NCBI GenBank assembly: GCA_964016885.1
Contig: OZ024743.1
Coordinates: forward strand, 309,876,001-309,940,000
Length of the DNA: 64,000 bases
Origin: Eledone cirrhosa
Taxonomy: Eukaryota
Reading direction: 5' to 3'
The notes under the pieces were generated by a model. That model did no database searches. It was given only the letters and a program-made list of their open reading frames with translations, and was not told where the DNA came from. Of this stretch, positions 29,787 to 43,702 are shown piece by piece. Each line of letters starts with the position of its first letter. The first letter of the stretch is position 1. The translations under genes were made by a program, and so were the position numbers.

Positions 29787-30094
29787 AATATGCTGGTATT
29801 TATATCTTTTCTGTTGGTAGGAGAGGGTGGGGATTGGGATGGGTGGAGGTAATTGATTGATGCGTTTAAAGAAAAGGGAATTCCTTAAAAGCTAATTCCT
29901 TAAAAGCCATATTTAGAGTAACAAAGGCAGAAATAATTCTATAAACAAGTACAAATTGGGGACGCCACTCCTTATTTTTAAGGTTCTCTTAACCAAACAA
30001 TGCCTATATTTCAGGTATCTACAAGCACATTCAAAGACATATATATAAAGCCCTTACTCCCACACACTCACAAGAACACACACTCTTATACCCA

Positions 30095-30129
<35 letters not shown>

Positions 30130-30139
<10 letters not shown>

Positions 30140-30855
30140 ATGAAAACAGGGAGAAAGAGACGTTTATGAGGAAGAAAATTATATTTTTTCCCTTTTTTTG
30201 TCTATCTCTCTCTTTTTTCTGGGTTAGAAAATGATTAAAACTAAATGTTTTACTTTCTGTGAAGTGTTAAGGTATTAGTTGATTTATTTATTATTTAACA
30301 ATGGCATTTATTTATCTATTTATATATTTAATAATTGTCTATTACCGGTTTCTGCATTTATATGCATTGTCAAATGATAGTTAAATGTATTAGTGTGGTG
30401 TCGAACATGCTAAACAGAAGATGCAGAAAGAATAATGTTATATACAAACAAGGTTTAAGAAGTGAAAAGAAAAAGGAAAAAGGAAAAAAAACCGTGCATA
30501 TTGTGGCAGGTAAAAAGTCAATGTGGAGGAAAAGTTAATGTTATTTACAAGCACAGTCATTGAAGTTAAGCAGTTCAAAATGTGTTAATATCGCAAGAGT
30601 GTTTAGTTGAACCATGGTTCCGTGAAGGAGGCAAATGGTGGACTGTGGTTTGATATGATTTCCCTTTTAGAGAGTTAATATGCAGGGGGGAGCAATTCTT
30701 GGTGGATGATATTTAATTTATTTAAGAAAAAGGATTAGGTAGGGTGTGAGGGAGGTAACTCTTGTAAATGTTTGATGGTTTGTTGCAGTTTTAGAAAGGT
30801 TCGAATTTTAGGGCATTGAGTACTGGTTGAAATAATCGTCTCTTTCTCCCTGTTT
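30130..30855. repeat. Dispersed repeat; partial inverted copy at 44095-44398
   Basis: 30140-30335 and 30560-30645 match the reverse complement of 44095-44398. Confidence 0.7.
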
Positions 30856-30910
30856 TCATATATATATATATATATCCTAACTCGTGTGCCTCCGCTCCAC
30901 ATTTTATTAT

Positions 30911-30970
<60 letters not shown>

Positions 30971-31177
30971 CCATATATATATATATACACACACACACAC
31001 ATATATTTATATATATACACATACACACACACATTCACATACACATACATATTATATATATATACATATACACATATACATACATATACGCATACATAGT
31101 ATGTCTGCCTATATGTATGTACACACAAGCACACGCGTGTATGTGTATATATGTATATATATGTATATATATATATG

Positions 31178-31231
<54 letters not shown>

Positions 31232-31324
31232 AGTGTGTGTGTATGTAGATATATCATTGTGTGTGTTTGTGTGCGTGTGCTTGTATGTACGTGTGTTATG
31301 TTCCCACACATATATACACATACA

Positions 31325-31487
<163 letters not shown>

Positions 31488-32649
31488 GGGATAACAATTT
31501 ATCGTTATAGGTAATCCAGTTAGAGGTTATGAGTACTCTGTGTCGTGGATAGTTTTAACGTACGGCTTTCTTTCACTCAACAAAATGTTTCCATAGTCAG
31601 GTAGCGAGTTCGCGAGAATTCCTATGCAGGTTATACTAGGAGCAATAATAGTGAAATATTGAAGAATTACATGGTCGGCTGTACAACAAGGGGCTTTATT
31701 TCAAGTATTAATAATTGTTTCATTGATCAGGTGAGTCTAAAGGTCGCTAATCGCTCGATGTCGCGTCACTAGATCTCCAATACAGTGTTTACCTCTGATA
31801 AAATCCTCAGAATACGAAATAGCGTAGAATCAAAACAATAACAGCAATAATAAAATATAATCATAAATAGGTAAAGAAGTTACAGATGTAAAACGTAAGA
31901 AAATAAAAAAGTAAGAAAATAAAAAAATAAAAAATATATAAAGAAATAAAAATAAGTAAAAGCATATAAGTACAGAATACAGAATACAGAATACAGAATG
32001 GGTGGGCACACAGACACTTTCACACACACCGAAGCGATGTCCGAGAAAAAAACAAATATAAGAATGTACCAACACAGCACTCACCGAAAGTTAGTTATGT
32101 CGGTCAAATCTCAATTTGACGATGTAAATTGGAAATATTGGGTTAACCAACGCTACACACACACGCGCGCAAGTAAGTTCAGTTCAGTGTTCTGCTATAT
32201 GTGTATAGATCGAATTGTAACATCCATATCTTCAAGTGTGTGTTATGGTATACACACATCCGAATCTTGCAAAAATGTGAAGAGCAAGCAATCAGCTCAT
32301 GTCGAACTCCTTGTGTACCGCTGTCACGTAGAGAATCCGTGTCACCAAATCTCCCATTTGTTTGAAGAACTTTGTAACGCGAACTGGCGCGAAATTTATT
32401 ATATTTATTCACCAACCAATCAAATTACTTCTCTAAAAACCTGGCGTTTCGAGCCACTTTTTTTCCATATAAAACAAGTAACATTCAAAGACCAACCAGA
32501 TGTGAGAAAAACCACAGACCCGCCATCTAAACTCTACTTTTGAAAAGCAGAAGAACTGCGAAACCGGTAAAGGAACCAAAGAAATATATATATTTAAAAA
32601 AAATGAGACTCCAGTTGCATTTTCGATTTCATCTTTTTTCCTTATATAA

Positions 32650-32680
<31 letters not shown>

Positions 32681-32694
32681 CGTGTGTGTGTGTA

Positions 32695-34392
32695 TAACCA
32701 AATATTAATATGGTTCATTGATTATTCAATGAATATAGTTTTACAATAGATTAAAAGCACTCTACAAGAAAGTTTCTGGACTTATTATTATTCAGAATAA
32801 TAATAAATGAAAACATTCACATAATCAAAATATATGTTTTATTATATATATTTCGAAGGTACTGTGCTGTTTTTTCAGTACATTCTCGTCAGATAAAATA
32901 CATGAATTGATGTATGACATACCTTAACGGTCTTGATAGTTCAATTCCAGTATTGGCAGTGATTTATTACAACAAATCTCAACATTTATATAATAACATG
33001 ATAAACTTAAATTTAAAGAAGAAGGGGATGTGGAGCGAGATATGGGTATATGGAGGAGGTGAATATGAGGAAATGCAAGAAGAAAATAAATAAATACATA
33101 CATAAATATTTAAATGAGTAAATAGAAGTATTAGGGAAGAAATATATAAAAGGAAAAATGAAGAGAGAGAGAAGAGAGAAGAAGAAATAACGACAAAAAA
33201 GAAAGAAATGAGGTGGGTAGGTATAAAGACGTTGTTTTCAAATATTAAATCAAATTGAGGCAATCAATTAAATAACATGAACTTTTTAATATCTTTTGTA
33301 TATTTTAATATCTAAAGTATATGTAACATGATTTATACAGTTTAATAATAATATATGAAAATCTTTAAAGGGAAACTATATAAAATAATAAGTAATTACG
33401 GAAGTAAATTCTAAATAATAAAACTTTTGAGAGTAAATATAACTACAAATTAATCCTGTAATGAAATGACAATCAATGAATTGAAATGATTTTATAAAGA
33501 AAATAGAATAATTCAGATAATAAATGATCTTAATATAATATAAAATATATATAGTGATGGTGATATGTGCATATGTTTTAATAAATATCCTTATACATAT
33601 TTAATATTTATTTAAATATGCTTTAAAGATAAAAATGTTTTAAATATTGTAACAAAATATTTAATGAATATATTACTTAATTAAACTATGTATCTGATGG
33701 CTATAGAAAATATGTTTATATTGTTTAATTTTGATATAATATATAAGTATAATTAGCTTAAACATAACCAAATACAAAAGATATTAAAAATTTCATGTTA
33801 TTTAATTGGTTGCCTCTATTTGACTTAATATTTGAAAACAACGGTCTTTACCCATCACTTTTCTTTCTTTCTTTTTTGTCGTTATTTCTTCTTTCTTCTC
33901 TCTTCTCTCTCTCTTCATTTTTCATTTTATATATTTCTTCCCTAATACTTCTATTTACTCATTTAAATATTTATGTATGTATGTATTTATTTTTTTTCTT
34001 CTTACATTTGCTCATATTCACCCCCCCCCATATACCCATATCTCGCTCCACATGCTCCTCTTCTTTAAATTTAAGTTTATCATGTTATTATTTGTGGTAT
34101 ATAAATGTTGAGATTTGTTGTAATAAATCACTGCCAATACTTGAATTGAACTATCAAGACCGTTGAGGTATGTCATACATCAATTCATGTATTTTATCTG
34201 ACGAGGACGTACTGAAAAAAACAGCACAATACCTTCGAAATATATATAATAAAACATATATTTTGATTATGTGAATGTCTTCATTTATTATTATTCTGAA
34301 TAATAATAAGTCCAGAAAACCTTATTGTAGAGTTTAATCTATTATAAAACTATATTCATTGAGTAATCAATGAACCATATCAATATTTGGTT
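32695..34392. mobile_element. Long inverted pair (32695-33300 / 33775-34392) of an HHR-terminated element, flanked by (TG)n/(CA)n
   Basis: Arms are about 600 bp. The hammerhead TTTAT-CTGACGA(34198)-GGA..TTC-GAAA-TATATA-TA-ATAAA has its mirror at about 32838-32900. Confidence 0.85.
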
Positions 34393-34424
34393 ACACACAC
34401 ACACTCACACACATACACCCCCCC

Positions 34425-34498
<74 letters not shown>

Positions 34499-34499
34499 G

Positions 34500-35485
34500 G
34501 GGGAAAGTAATAAATCGGAAAATAGACCGTTAAAACATGTTTATTTAAAATATCACCTACGTACGTTTCGCCCAGTTGGGCTTCTCAAGGGCATAAATAA
34601 TCACAAGTGTTCCTTATATTGCTCGGAAAGAGTTTTGGGGGTTAAATCCACATCAAGGTTCATTGCTCTTTCACAAATAGAAAACTAAGGCACTCCACTT
34701 CGCTCGCGGACTACATCACATCACTAAAGGACTTAAACATCAGCTTCTCCACGCACTGGGAGATTTTCGGCAGGGCTGCACCGTACAACTTCAAGAGGAA
34801 ATGCGATCTTTGCCTCATGGAGCTCTACCACATCATAACTGCACCCAACGAGCTCATCAACAGCAGAGCTGAAACAGCGATAAGTTGTACACATCGCTTA
34901 AAAATATCCTTCTTCAGATGGGTTAAGGATGAAGAGTGAAATAGTACACTGGATCTCCCTGCAACAAGTCTTAACACCCCGGCGGGCAGGCGCTGCAAAA
35001 TAACACCCAGGAAACAATCCTTGCATACCAGACCCAGCCTCAGACTAACGGATGCGGCAAAAAAAAAAAAATTGTCCGGGAAAGACTGCCCTAACACCGG
35101 CCAGAGTTACCTCCCTTGACCTGCTGCAAAATCAAAACAAGATATTTTTGTGAGCAATGAACCTTGATGTGGATTTAACCCCCAAAACTCTTTCCGAGCA
35201 ATATAAGGAACACTTGTGATTATTTATGCCCTTGAGAAGCCCAACTGGGCGAAACGTACGTAGGTGATATTTTAAATAAACATGTTTTAACGGTCTATTC
35301 TCCGATTTTTTTACTTTCCCACATGCTTACGCTCTGCTAACTCTCTAGCCCACTAAATATTAACACTTCGAATATTTAATACTGCCGGCACTAGTATCGA
35401 GCACCTTTGGCATACGCCACTTGGCAAATAACTATATGTATCACCTATCCCCCCTTTTTTTCTCTTTCTCGATACGTAAATACTA
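34500..35485 (+). mobile_element. 5'-truncated PLE with an inverted 3'-end copy (34500-34678); GIY-YIG C-terminus at 34691-34939
   Basis: My translation (absent from the ORF track) is HSTSLADYITSLKDLNISFSTHWEIFGRAAPYNFKRKCDLCLMELYHII..LINSRAE..CTHR. A U3:A8 hammerhead lies at 35232, and (TA)n flanks both sides. Confidence 0.85.
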
Positions 35486-35569
35486 TATATATATATATAT
35501 AGAAAATTATGAATGCGAGAATATAATATAGCTATCTTTTCTTCATTGGCAGTGTCGGTAGAAGTTCGG

Positions 35570-35730
35570 ACGCTCTGATTTGCAGCATAGAGTTACGGCT
35601 CTTTATAGTCTGAGATCAAACGCCGTCGATGTTAACTTTGCATTTCATCGTTATGGGGTCGATAAAATAAAGTACCAGTAACGAACTGGGATAATTTCTG
35701 GCCTTGTGCAAAATGTAGAAACAATAATTC
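35570..35730 (+). mobile_element. tRNA-derived SINE, octopus-type; further copies on - at about 38680-38890, 52030-52540 (three tandem), 63560-63630 and 63860-63990
   Basis: Shared core TTTGCCTTTCATCC..GGGGTCGATAAAATAAGTACCAGT and tail GGCCTTGTGCCTAAAGTAGAAAC. Confidence 0.7.
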
Positions 35731-36519
35731 TTTATACATGTGGGTGTGTGTTTGAGTGTGTGCGTGTGTGTAAATAGAGAGAGAAGGGAACAGATACAAG
35801 CAAGGCATGAACTATATATCGGGTAGTGTATGTTGCTACTCGTCTACCATATTATTCTTCGTTTTCTGGATAGATTTGCTTTTGTTTGGTAATGCTGTGC
35901 AATGTAATTTAAATCTTGTAGACACTTCTGCTTCTATACCAAGCGTTAAACTAAGATCTTCATTGTGTTGTCCTGTCCCGTTTATTCGATTACTTTTCGC
36001 TCCCGTTTATTCGATTACTTGGTTGGTGGTAATGTGTGTGTGTGAATGTGTGTACACACATGAACACGCACACAAACACGCATGTATATGTGTACACACG
36101 CACACACCCTCTCGCCGTGCGCGCACTCCTGCATGTGTGTGCGCGTGTGTATGTTAGTGCGTGTTTTTGTCATCAGGCTTGTGCGGTTGTTGGTGTGTAT
36201 TGTGTAGTTGCATGTATTAGTGAATCTGTGCGTGGGTGTGTGTGTGTATACGGAAGGGCTTAGGTGGTTTTTCGTGTTTAGTATGGTCTGAGATGGGTTT
36301 TCGATCACAAGTTGGTAAGTCGAAATTCAGGAATGGCCGTTCGTAAAATATCTATATCTATATCTCTCTCGCTATACATATCTATATATCTATATCTATA
36401 ACTATATGTATTTCTATATCTATACATATATCTATATCTATTTCTATATCTGTATCTATACATATTTTACATTATTAATATTCTCACATTATATTTATAA
36501 TGGTTTCCTTAGTTCACAG

Positions 36520-36663
36520 ATGGATAAAGAAGACGTGTTGTTGAAATTGTGTTACATTAAATTCAAGCTGAAGAAAATGGAGGAAGCCAAACATTGTATA
36601 ATTACTATGATACACAATTACCCGTTGTCGGCGTACAAAGCATATTATGGACTTGCCGAAATT
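36520..36663 (+). CDS. Internal exon of a TPR protein (TMTC4-like)
   Basis: cacag|ATG..GAAATT|gtaagt, 144 nt, encoding MDKEDVLLKLCYIKFKLKKMEEAKHCIITMIHNYPLSAYKAYYGLAEI with a TPR pattern. An alternative acceptor at 36512 is possible. Confidence 0.7.
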
Positions 36664-36814
36664 GTAAGTAAATTAAAGTAATTGAAGCATAAATATCATT
36701 CCATGATATACCTAGCCATCTTTGTGTTTCCATATTTTATTTTGATTATCAACACTTCTGGATTAAGCTCCATCACAACTGCATCCCAATAACGAAAGTC
36801 AATATGGAAATAAA

Positions 36815-37041
36815 CTAATATAGGTGGCGGACCATTGCTGGCGCTCTAGGAACATCACATGTCTTTGTGAAAATGTATACTGCCACTTCTCGTGGTTTCC
36901 CGTTCGTGGAGGAATGCGCAAGTTTCGATATAAGGGGAAGTGGTTTTGGATGTGGATGTGGCTCTGTCCTCCATTGAACACTGGTGGAGTTTAGGATATG
37001 GTGTTTTGGTCTTGCCATACTAGTGTATGGAGGCACTACAT
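36815..37041 (-). CDS. Possible terminal exon of an antisense gene (unknown product)
   Basis: Acceptor ctctgcctctgtctatttaag|AT, 74 open codons to TAG, and AATAAA about 75 nt downstream. The sequence is non-repetitive and higher in GC. Confidence 0.3.
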
Positions 37042-37867
37042 CTTAAATAGACAGAGGCAGAGCGTGTAAATTCTGGTTGCACTCGCTAGTCTAATAGGAA
37101 TGAAGATTCAATTCATGCAAGAATAGCTCATTAGAATGAATTAAAACAAACAATACAGTCTAAATATTGTAGAGTCCCAGTGGGAGAAACGGACAAGTGA
37201 AGATGTAAAGAATAATGATTAAATATAGTAAAGAAAACTTTGAAATTATCGAAGCTTAAATAGTATGTAAAATTTATAAATGATAAAATATATATGTTCT
37301 ATGTTCAGTAACTATCGATGTATTTAACTAACTGTAATATATCGTTACAAAAGGATAACATGCACGAAAGTATATATATATATATATAAAATATTAAACA
37401 AATAATGAATAAACAATTCCTTATATTAAACAAAAAAAGTTCATTATTTAACGATCGTTTGAGTTCTTCATACGGATTGGACACTACCGTAAACTCTTGG
37501 TAGATTTATCTACATATATATATATATATATATATTAATTAGAATATGTGTTATATATATCAACATTAATTAGAATATAAGTTAGTTAATCACCGACGCT
37601 TCAGTATGCACGGTAGAGCACTCGACAAAGTACACAGGTGGGTCTGTTTACTCCGGAGTATATAAACATGAAGTACAAGTCAACAAGTTATAATTAACTC
37701 CGTTTATTCATAATCGCTGCTATATATATTTCGGTGATAACTGTTATGCAAGAGCTAGAAGATGAACAGAAAAACAAATCAATGAATCGAAACAGCAGTA
37801 AGGTTTATTTCATCTTTATGTTTTCTGTTTTTCTCTGTTGATATATATATATATATATATATATATT

Positions 37868-37924
<57 letters not shown>

Positions 37925-37926
<2 letters not shown>

Positions 37927-38119
37927 TTAATATAGATGAGATTCTACAGGACTAGAACTGTTTCATTCATTAGAAATCATCAGGAATGATTCCTGGTGAT
38001 TTCTAATGAATGAAACAGTTCTAGTCCTGTAGAATCTCATCTATATTAAAACTGTTATACTCTGCTATGTATTGAGTACCTTACTTACTGTGGTTACCTC
38101 CGATTCAACCCGGAATAAC

Positions 38120-38120
<1 letters not shown>
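37925..38120. mobile_element. Short palindromic HHR pair in (TA)n; sister copy at 60020-60258
   Basis: Centred at 37988, with CTGATGA-TTTC taat GAAT-GAAAC-AGTTCTA-GTC. The 60020 copy has CTGAAGA..GAAAC-AGTACTA-GTC and the same tail. Confidence 0.8.
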
Positions 38121-38158
<38 letters not shown>

Positions 38159-38199
38159 CGACGGATGGGTAGGATAGGGTGTGGAGGTGGGGTGTACAT

Positions 38200-38515
38200 T
38201 GAATTAAGAGGTGCCTACTGACTGTAGGTTTGTATGCAATGGTAGTAGGGTCTTCTGTACAACTGCATGGCGCCAAAAGTCTCGATCCAGTGTCATTGTC
38301 TGTAAGGTGACCGTGTAGGAGACACAGTGAAAAAGCTCCCATTCCACACTGTAAATGCGGTTGGTAGGAGGGGCAGCCATCTGTAAAAGCAAAACCTACC
38401 AGAAACGCTTCTGTGCGAGCGAGACATGGTCTCCCGACTATTCCCGCATCAAATAGAACAGAACCGTCTAACCCATGCATGCGTGGAAGATAGAAGTTAA
38501 ACGATGATGATGATA
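38200..38515 (+). mobile_element. SINE with (GAT)n tail
   Basis: GTAGGAGGGGCAGCCATCTGTAAAA..CCGTCTAACCCATGC..GTTAAACGATGATGATGAT resembles cephalopod SINE 3' ends (from recall). Confidence 0.55.
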
Positions 38516-38907
38516 ATATATATATATATATATGTATATTTTAAGCTGTAAATGTAATCAATATGGTGTGTTAACTGGCTGATCAATATATACAGTGAGG
38601 TTATTTGTCCTAGGTGTCAGGAGGACACTCGGCAAAAAACGGAAACAATACAGAAGGAAGAGGAAAATAAAACGATAATAATATTAGCACAAGGCCAGCA
38701 ATTTCGAAGGGGGGGGGGTGTTGATAAATCGATCCTAGTGCGTGACTGGTACATTATTTTATCGACCCCCGTAAGTATGAAAGGCAAAGTTAACTTCAGA
38801 GGGATTTCAACACAAAAGCTAAAGGCTCGTCACCGATATGCTGCAAAGCATGTTGTCCGATGCTTTACAAATCTGCTAACCCACCTCTCTAATGAAAATA
38901 TTAATGA

Positions 38908-39235
38908 CTAGCAGTGGTACCCGGCGTTGCACGGGATAAGGTATTTTGGAACGCGGGCCGCCAACAGACCTAATCGTGGAAAAACTGCATGCCTGGACAA
39001 TATGTAAAGAAAATAATCCGAATAATCTGATGGCTGGATAAACTTTAAGATTTCCCTCGATGAAGCAGGAAAAACGCAGCTTTTCACCTAATGTATCAAG
39101 AAAATGAATTTTTTCAGGTTTTCACCTAGGGGCTCAAGAAAATGAATTTTTTTTACGTGCCTCAAAAAAGGCCCTAAAAAGCTGAAAAAATGAAGTTTTT
39201 CACCTTATGCGGGCCCTAGACCATAAACAAGACCA
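38908..39235 (-). mobile_element. Helitron 3' portion
   Basis: Minus-strand hairpin CCCGTGCAACGCCGGG, then 8 nt, then CTAG|T. The 5' end is not resolved. Confidence 0.6.
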
Positions 39236-39716
39236 TGTAAGAGTGAGAAATGAAATTTTGTTTCATTCTTTTCCATTTATCGTTTTCGGTGCGCCCGGCC
39301 GACTAAACTCATTCGATATGCAAATTAGGATGCTCAGCCGTTAATATGCATAAGGAATGTATATACTTTGAGACGTTCAATCATCTGGCAGGAAGGTATA
39401 CGATGCTGACGATAGCTAATAAGCTTGAAACTAGTACATCGTTCCTGTGTCAGTGTTGAACAAAAAGGAGACGATGGTTGCCTGAACACTGTACGGCGTA
39501 ACTCAAGCTGTTTGTTTGTTTACAAACAAACAAACCGAACATTATAATAAATGTTCGGTAAACACATACGTACATATATATATGTGTGCATGTATGTATA
39601 TATATATACATACTACTATACGTCTGTATACATATATGTATGTACGTTTACATCCATACTTACATTTAAGTATCAGCCGTACTAAGAGTGAGAAATGAAA
39701 TCTCGTTTCATTCTTT

Positions 39717-39722
<6 letters not shown>
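39236..39722 (+). mobile_element. Retrozyme-like unit of about 445 bp with terminal redundancy; hammerhead at 39401-39441
   Basis: CGATG-CTGACGA-tAGCT aata AGCTt-GAAAC-TA-GTA-CATCG. GAGTGAGAAATGAAAT is repeated at about 39241 and about 39686. Confidence 0.8.
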
Positions 39723-39756
<34 letters not shown>

Positions 39757-40204
39757 TAATAGGAATTCCAACTTTGTCTGATTTACTCCTTTTATTTACA
39801 ATCCTTTAAAATTATAATGATATTATAATGAAATAGTATGGTAGAATATTAAATGTTAATTGAACAAGTACATTCATATTCATGCTTTCGCAATCTTCAG
39901 GTTCACATTCAGTGGTGACAGTCAAGTTTGCAATTTTCAACTATAATGAATGACTAAAATCTGTGCCTTATATACAGTAAAAAAGGGCTTCGGAATGCTA
40001 AGTTTTGCAAACTGTATTTCGACCAATCGGTGTGTGGTTTCACTATATTACTAAAGCTGATTGGATTAGGCGTCACGGTTGGCTGAGTATGTCTAACGAC
40101 TTCTATTTGACCCTATCCAAAGCATCAGTTTTTAGAAATGATGAAAATAGCATTTTCTAGGGTTTTTATAAAAAATCTTCAGTAATCATCAACATCAACA
40201 TTAC

Positions 40205-40256
<52 letters not shown>

Positions 40257-40378
40257 GTTGTTGTTGTTGTTAGTGGTTGTAGTCGGGATGGTCGTAGGCG
40301 TAGTCATAGTATAAGTAATACCCCTAAGCATTATTATTGTTCGTTTAGCTTGGGCTTGAATTTATCAATAACATTCTT

Positions 40379-40411
<33 letters not shown>

Positions 40412-40416
40412 TTGTT

Positions 40417-40501
<85 letters not shown>

Positions 40502-40667
40502 GTGTATATATACACACACACACTTGTATATCTCATATGAAATGATACACAATACAATTAGTTAGCACCCCGAACGTTTAATTAAGAATATACTCAGGTA
40601 TTTCCTAATGTTTGTTGAGTGAGTTAGAATGTGGCCGGAGTATCGCTATTAGCTTTCTCCGATTATG

Positions 40668-40741
<74 letters not shown>

Positions 40742-40779
40742 TCAAATATTTAAAATTTGGCTTCGTTTATTAAAGATGT

Positions 40780-40834
40780 ACTGCTACATATATTTCGGTG
40801 ACAGCCATCCTTGGCTGTGAACTCTTCAGGCAGT
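40780..40834 (-). ncRNA. Type I hammerhead ribozyme
   Basis: Minus strand: ACTGC-CTGAAGA-gttcACAGCCA agga TGGCTGTcacc-GAAA-TATATG-TA-GCAGT. Confidence 0.8.
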
Positions 40835-41052
40835 CCGAACTGATGTGGTAGAGACGGGTACACATGTTGTTGAAGTGTTTGACTCCGTCAATACTCCGAT
40901 ATGCCCAGTTCCTGGTTGGGTTGTTATGTCTCTGAGGAACTGGAATCATATTATTTTACATTACTCCGGAGTAACCAAACCAACCTGCGCACCTCATCGA
41001 GTGCTTCAATCTGCATACTGAGGTGTCGGTGAACAACCAAGATATACTCAAA

Positions 41053-41114
<62 letters not shown>

Positions 41115-41116
<2 letters not shown>

Positions 41117-43660
41117 AACAATATGACCTCGACGACAGAACTCAAGCCCTTTCGGCGGCTATTTCTGGACTAAATAAGATTTTTAGCCTGGTAAATAAAT
41201 AGCCGAACTTCTCAGGGGGTATTTCCTTATATAGGAAGATAGTAATTGTCAGGAGGATTGGTCAAAAATATGTTGTAAAGACAGATAAATCTATCATGGC
41301 ATTTGGTGAGAGGTAGAGGTGGCTGAACTTGCCGGTAGAACAAAGAGGGAGTGTGGGAAACCGAGTCAGGCGTTGAAAGTAAAATCTATACAGCAGATTC
41401 TAAGGATGGTGTATAAAAGTTTGAAAGAAGTGTACTGGAGAGGAGGGGGGTGAGGGGGTGGGTGAAAAAATAGGTAAATCGAAAGGGAGTAAAAAAAAAA
41501 CCATTATAAAAATAAGGAAATAAATATATAAAAACAATTTCTGGTTACTACTCCAGTTCTACAATCACCAAATTTCTCATTGGTATTGCTAAGCTATAGA
41601 AAAGTTTAATAGGTGGAGAATGGGAAAAATACTAAATATGAGATTGTAGTGCAAGAATTCTATAAAGCCGGCTTTACAGGGGTCTAACACCGCTGCTATA
41701 GAAAGTTAGTAATCAGCCAATGCTATCTTACAATGACAGTTTAATAAGGTGAGAACAAAAATACTAAAATGCTACTACAAAAATACTAATACAAAATACT
41801 AATACAAAAATACTAATACAAAAATACCACTAAGAAATTTACAAACGACCCTAACCCGAGTAAACTTCCTGGACGTTACACTTAACCTGGATAATGATCT
41901 GTACTACCCATACAGAAAACCAAAGGACAACCTGCAACACCGCTATACAACATAATCAACAAAAACACCATCAAACTCTCCTACAGCACCACACCTAATT
42001 TCGCACAAAACATCGTCTCCTCTAACAACAAAAAACTTAACCCCTATGGAAGAAATAATCTAGACACCATTGGAGATCCGAGCAGAAGGTGTAACTGTCC
42101 TGATAGATCCTCGTGCCCCCCCCAACAACAGATGCCGAGATCGTAATTTGATCTACCAATGCAACGTGAGGACAGACACCTCCAACAAAGCTTATATAGG
42201 ATTAACCGCTTGTGACTTCAAGACCCGGCTGTACCAACACCGACTTACTTTCCGAAACCCTTCCCGGCGACATGCCACTACACTTTGGGGTCACATCTGG
42301 GACCTCAAAGATAATAAAATAACCTACAATCTCACTCGGAGATTACTGTCCAGAGATAACTCTTACACGGGAGGACGCCGTCCGTGTAACTTATGCTCGG
42401 ATGAAACATTACAAATACTGTTTTCGAAGGACCAACTCCTAAACAAGAAAGACGAACTGGTAACCGCATGCAAACACAGATTGCGTAGGACTTATCTCGC
42501 TCTCTCAAAATCCATAATGACCCGGGGTGGGGTAGACAAGGGCTGATACCCCCCACTTGCCGATTTTGTAAGGGGAAACCCCTGCTTACAAAGGTAGACA
42601 TAAGGTTTTTATCTTTTCCTCTATGTTTCCTTGTTCCCCCTTCTCTTCCTAGTCCTTCCACTCCAGATCGCCTTCCTCGTCTTTTTTTCACCTTTCGCCT
42701 ATCGCGATGCAGCCCATCGATCCTCTGTAGCCTCAGTACCCCGTTCCACCTAAGTTTAAGATGGAATTGGCCGATTACAATTTTCATAGCAGATGTCTTA
42801 GACCCCAGTAACATTTTTTTCTTTCTGGTTGTTGCTCCATTTCTATGGTTTCTAAATTTCTTAGTGGTATTTTTGTATTAGTATTTTTGTATTAGTATTT
42901 GTGTATTAGTATTTTGTATTAGTATTTTTGTAGTAGTATTTTAGTATTTTTGTTCTCAACTTATTAACCTGTCATTGTAAGATAGCATTGGCTGATTACT
43001 AACTATCTATAGCAGCAGTGTTAGACCCCTTGAAAGCCGGGTTTATAAAATTCTTTTACTACAATATCGTATTTAGTATTTTCCCATTCTCCACCTATTA
43101 AACTTTTCTATAGCTTAGCAATACCAATGAGACATTTGGTGATTGTAGAAGTGTAGTAACCAGAAATTGTTTTTATATATTTATTTCCTTATTTTTATAA
43201 TGTTAATTTTTACTCCCTTTCGATTTACCTATTCTTTCACCCCCCCCCCCTCTTCTCCAGTAAACTTCTTTCAAACTTTTATACATTATCCTTAGAATCT
43301 GCTGTATAGATTTCACTTTCAACGCCTGATTCGGTTTATCCCACTCCCTCTTTGTTCTACCGGCAAGTTCAGCCACCCCTACCTGCCACCAAATGCCATG
43401 ATAGATTTATCTGTCTTTACAACAAATGTTTGACCAGCCTCTTAACAATTACTATCTTGCCTTATAAGGAAATACCACCTGAGATGTTCGGCTATTTATG
43501 TACCAGGCAAACAATTCTTATTTAGTCCAGAAATAGCCGTCGAAACGGCTTGAGCTCTGCCGTCGGCGTCATACTTGTTCCTATTACCCACTCTACTACT
43601 CTAAGTATTGAGTACTTTGGTGCGTTATGGTCAATCTGGTTCCTTACCACAATTCCTTCG

Positions 43661-43662
<2 letters not shown>
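41115..43662 (+). mobile_element. 5'-truncated Naiad-type PLE (same family as 16002-19631) with about 730 bp inverted 3'-end copy, between (TA)n tracts
   Basis: 41115-41842 is the reverse complement of about 42850-43585. RT thumb and GIY-YIG lie at 41848-42546 (NLIYQC..YIGLTACDFKTR..CNLC..CKHR). Confidence 0.9.

Positions 43663-43702
<40 letters not shown>

Noticed and set aside
33300-33775. Extremely AT-rich spacer as an organellar insertion or gene
   Set aside because: No open frame or recognisable organellar motif. It is likely internal element sequence.
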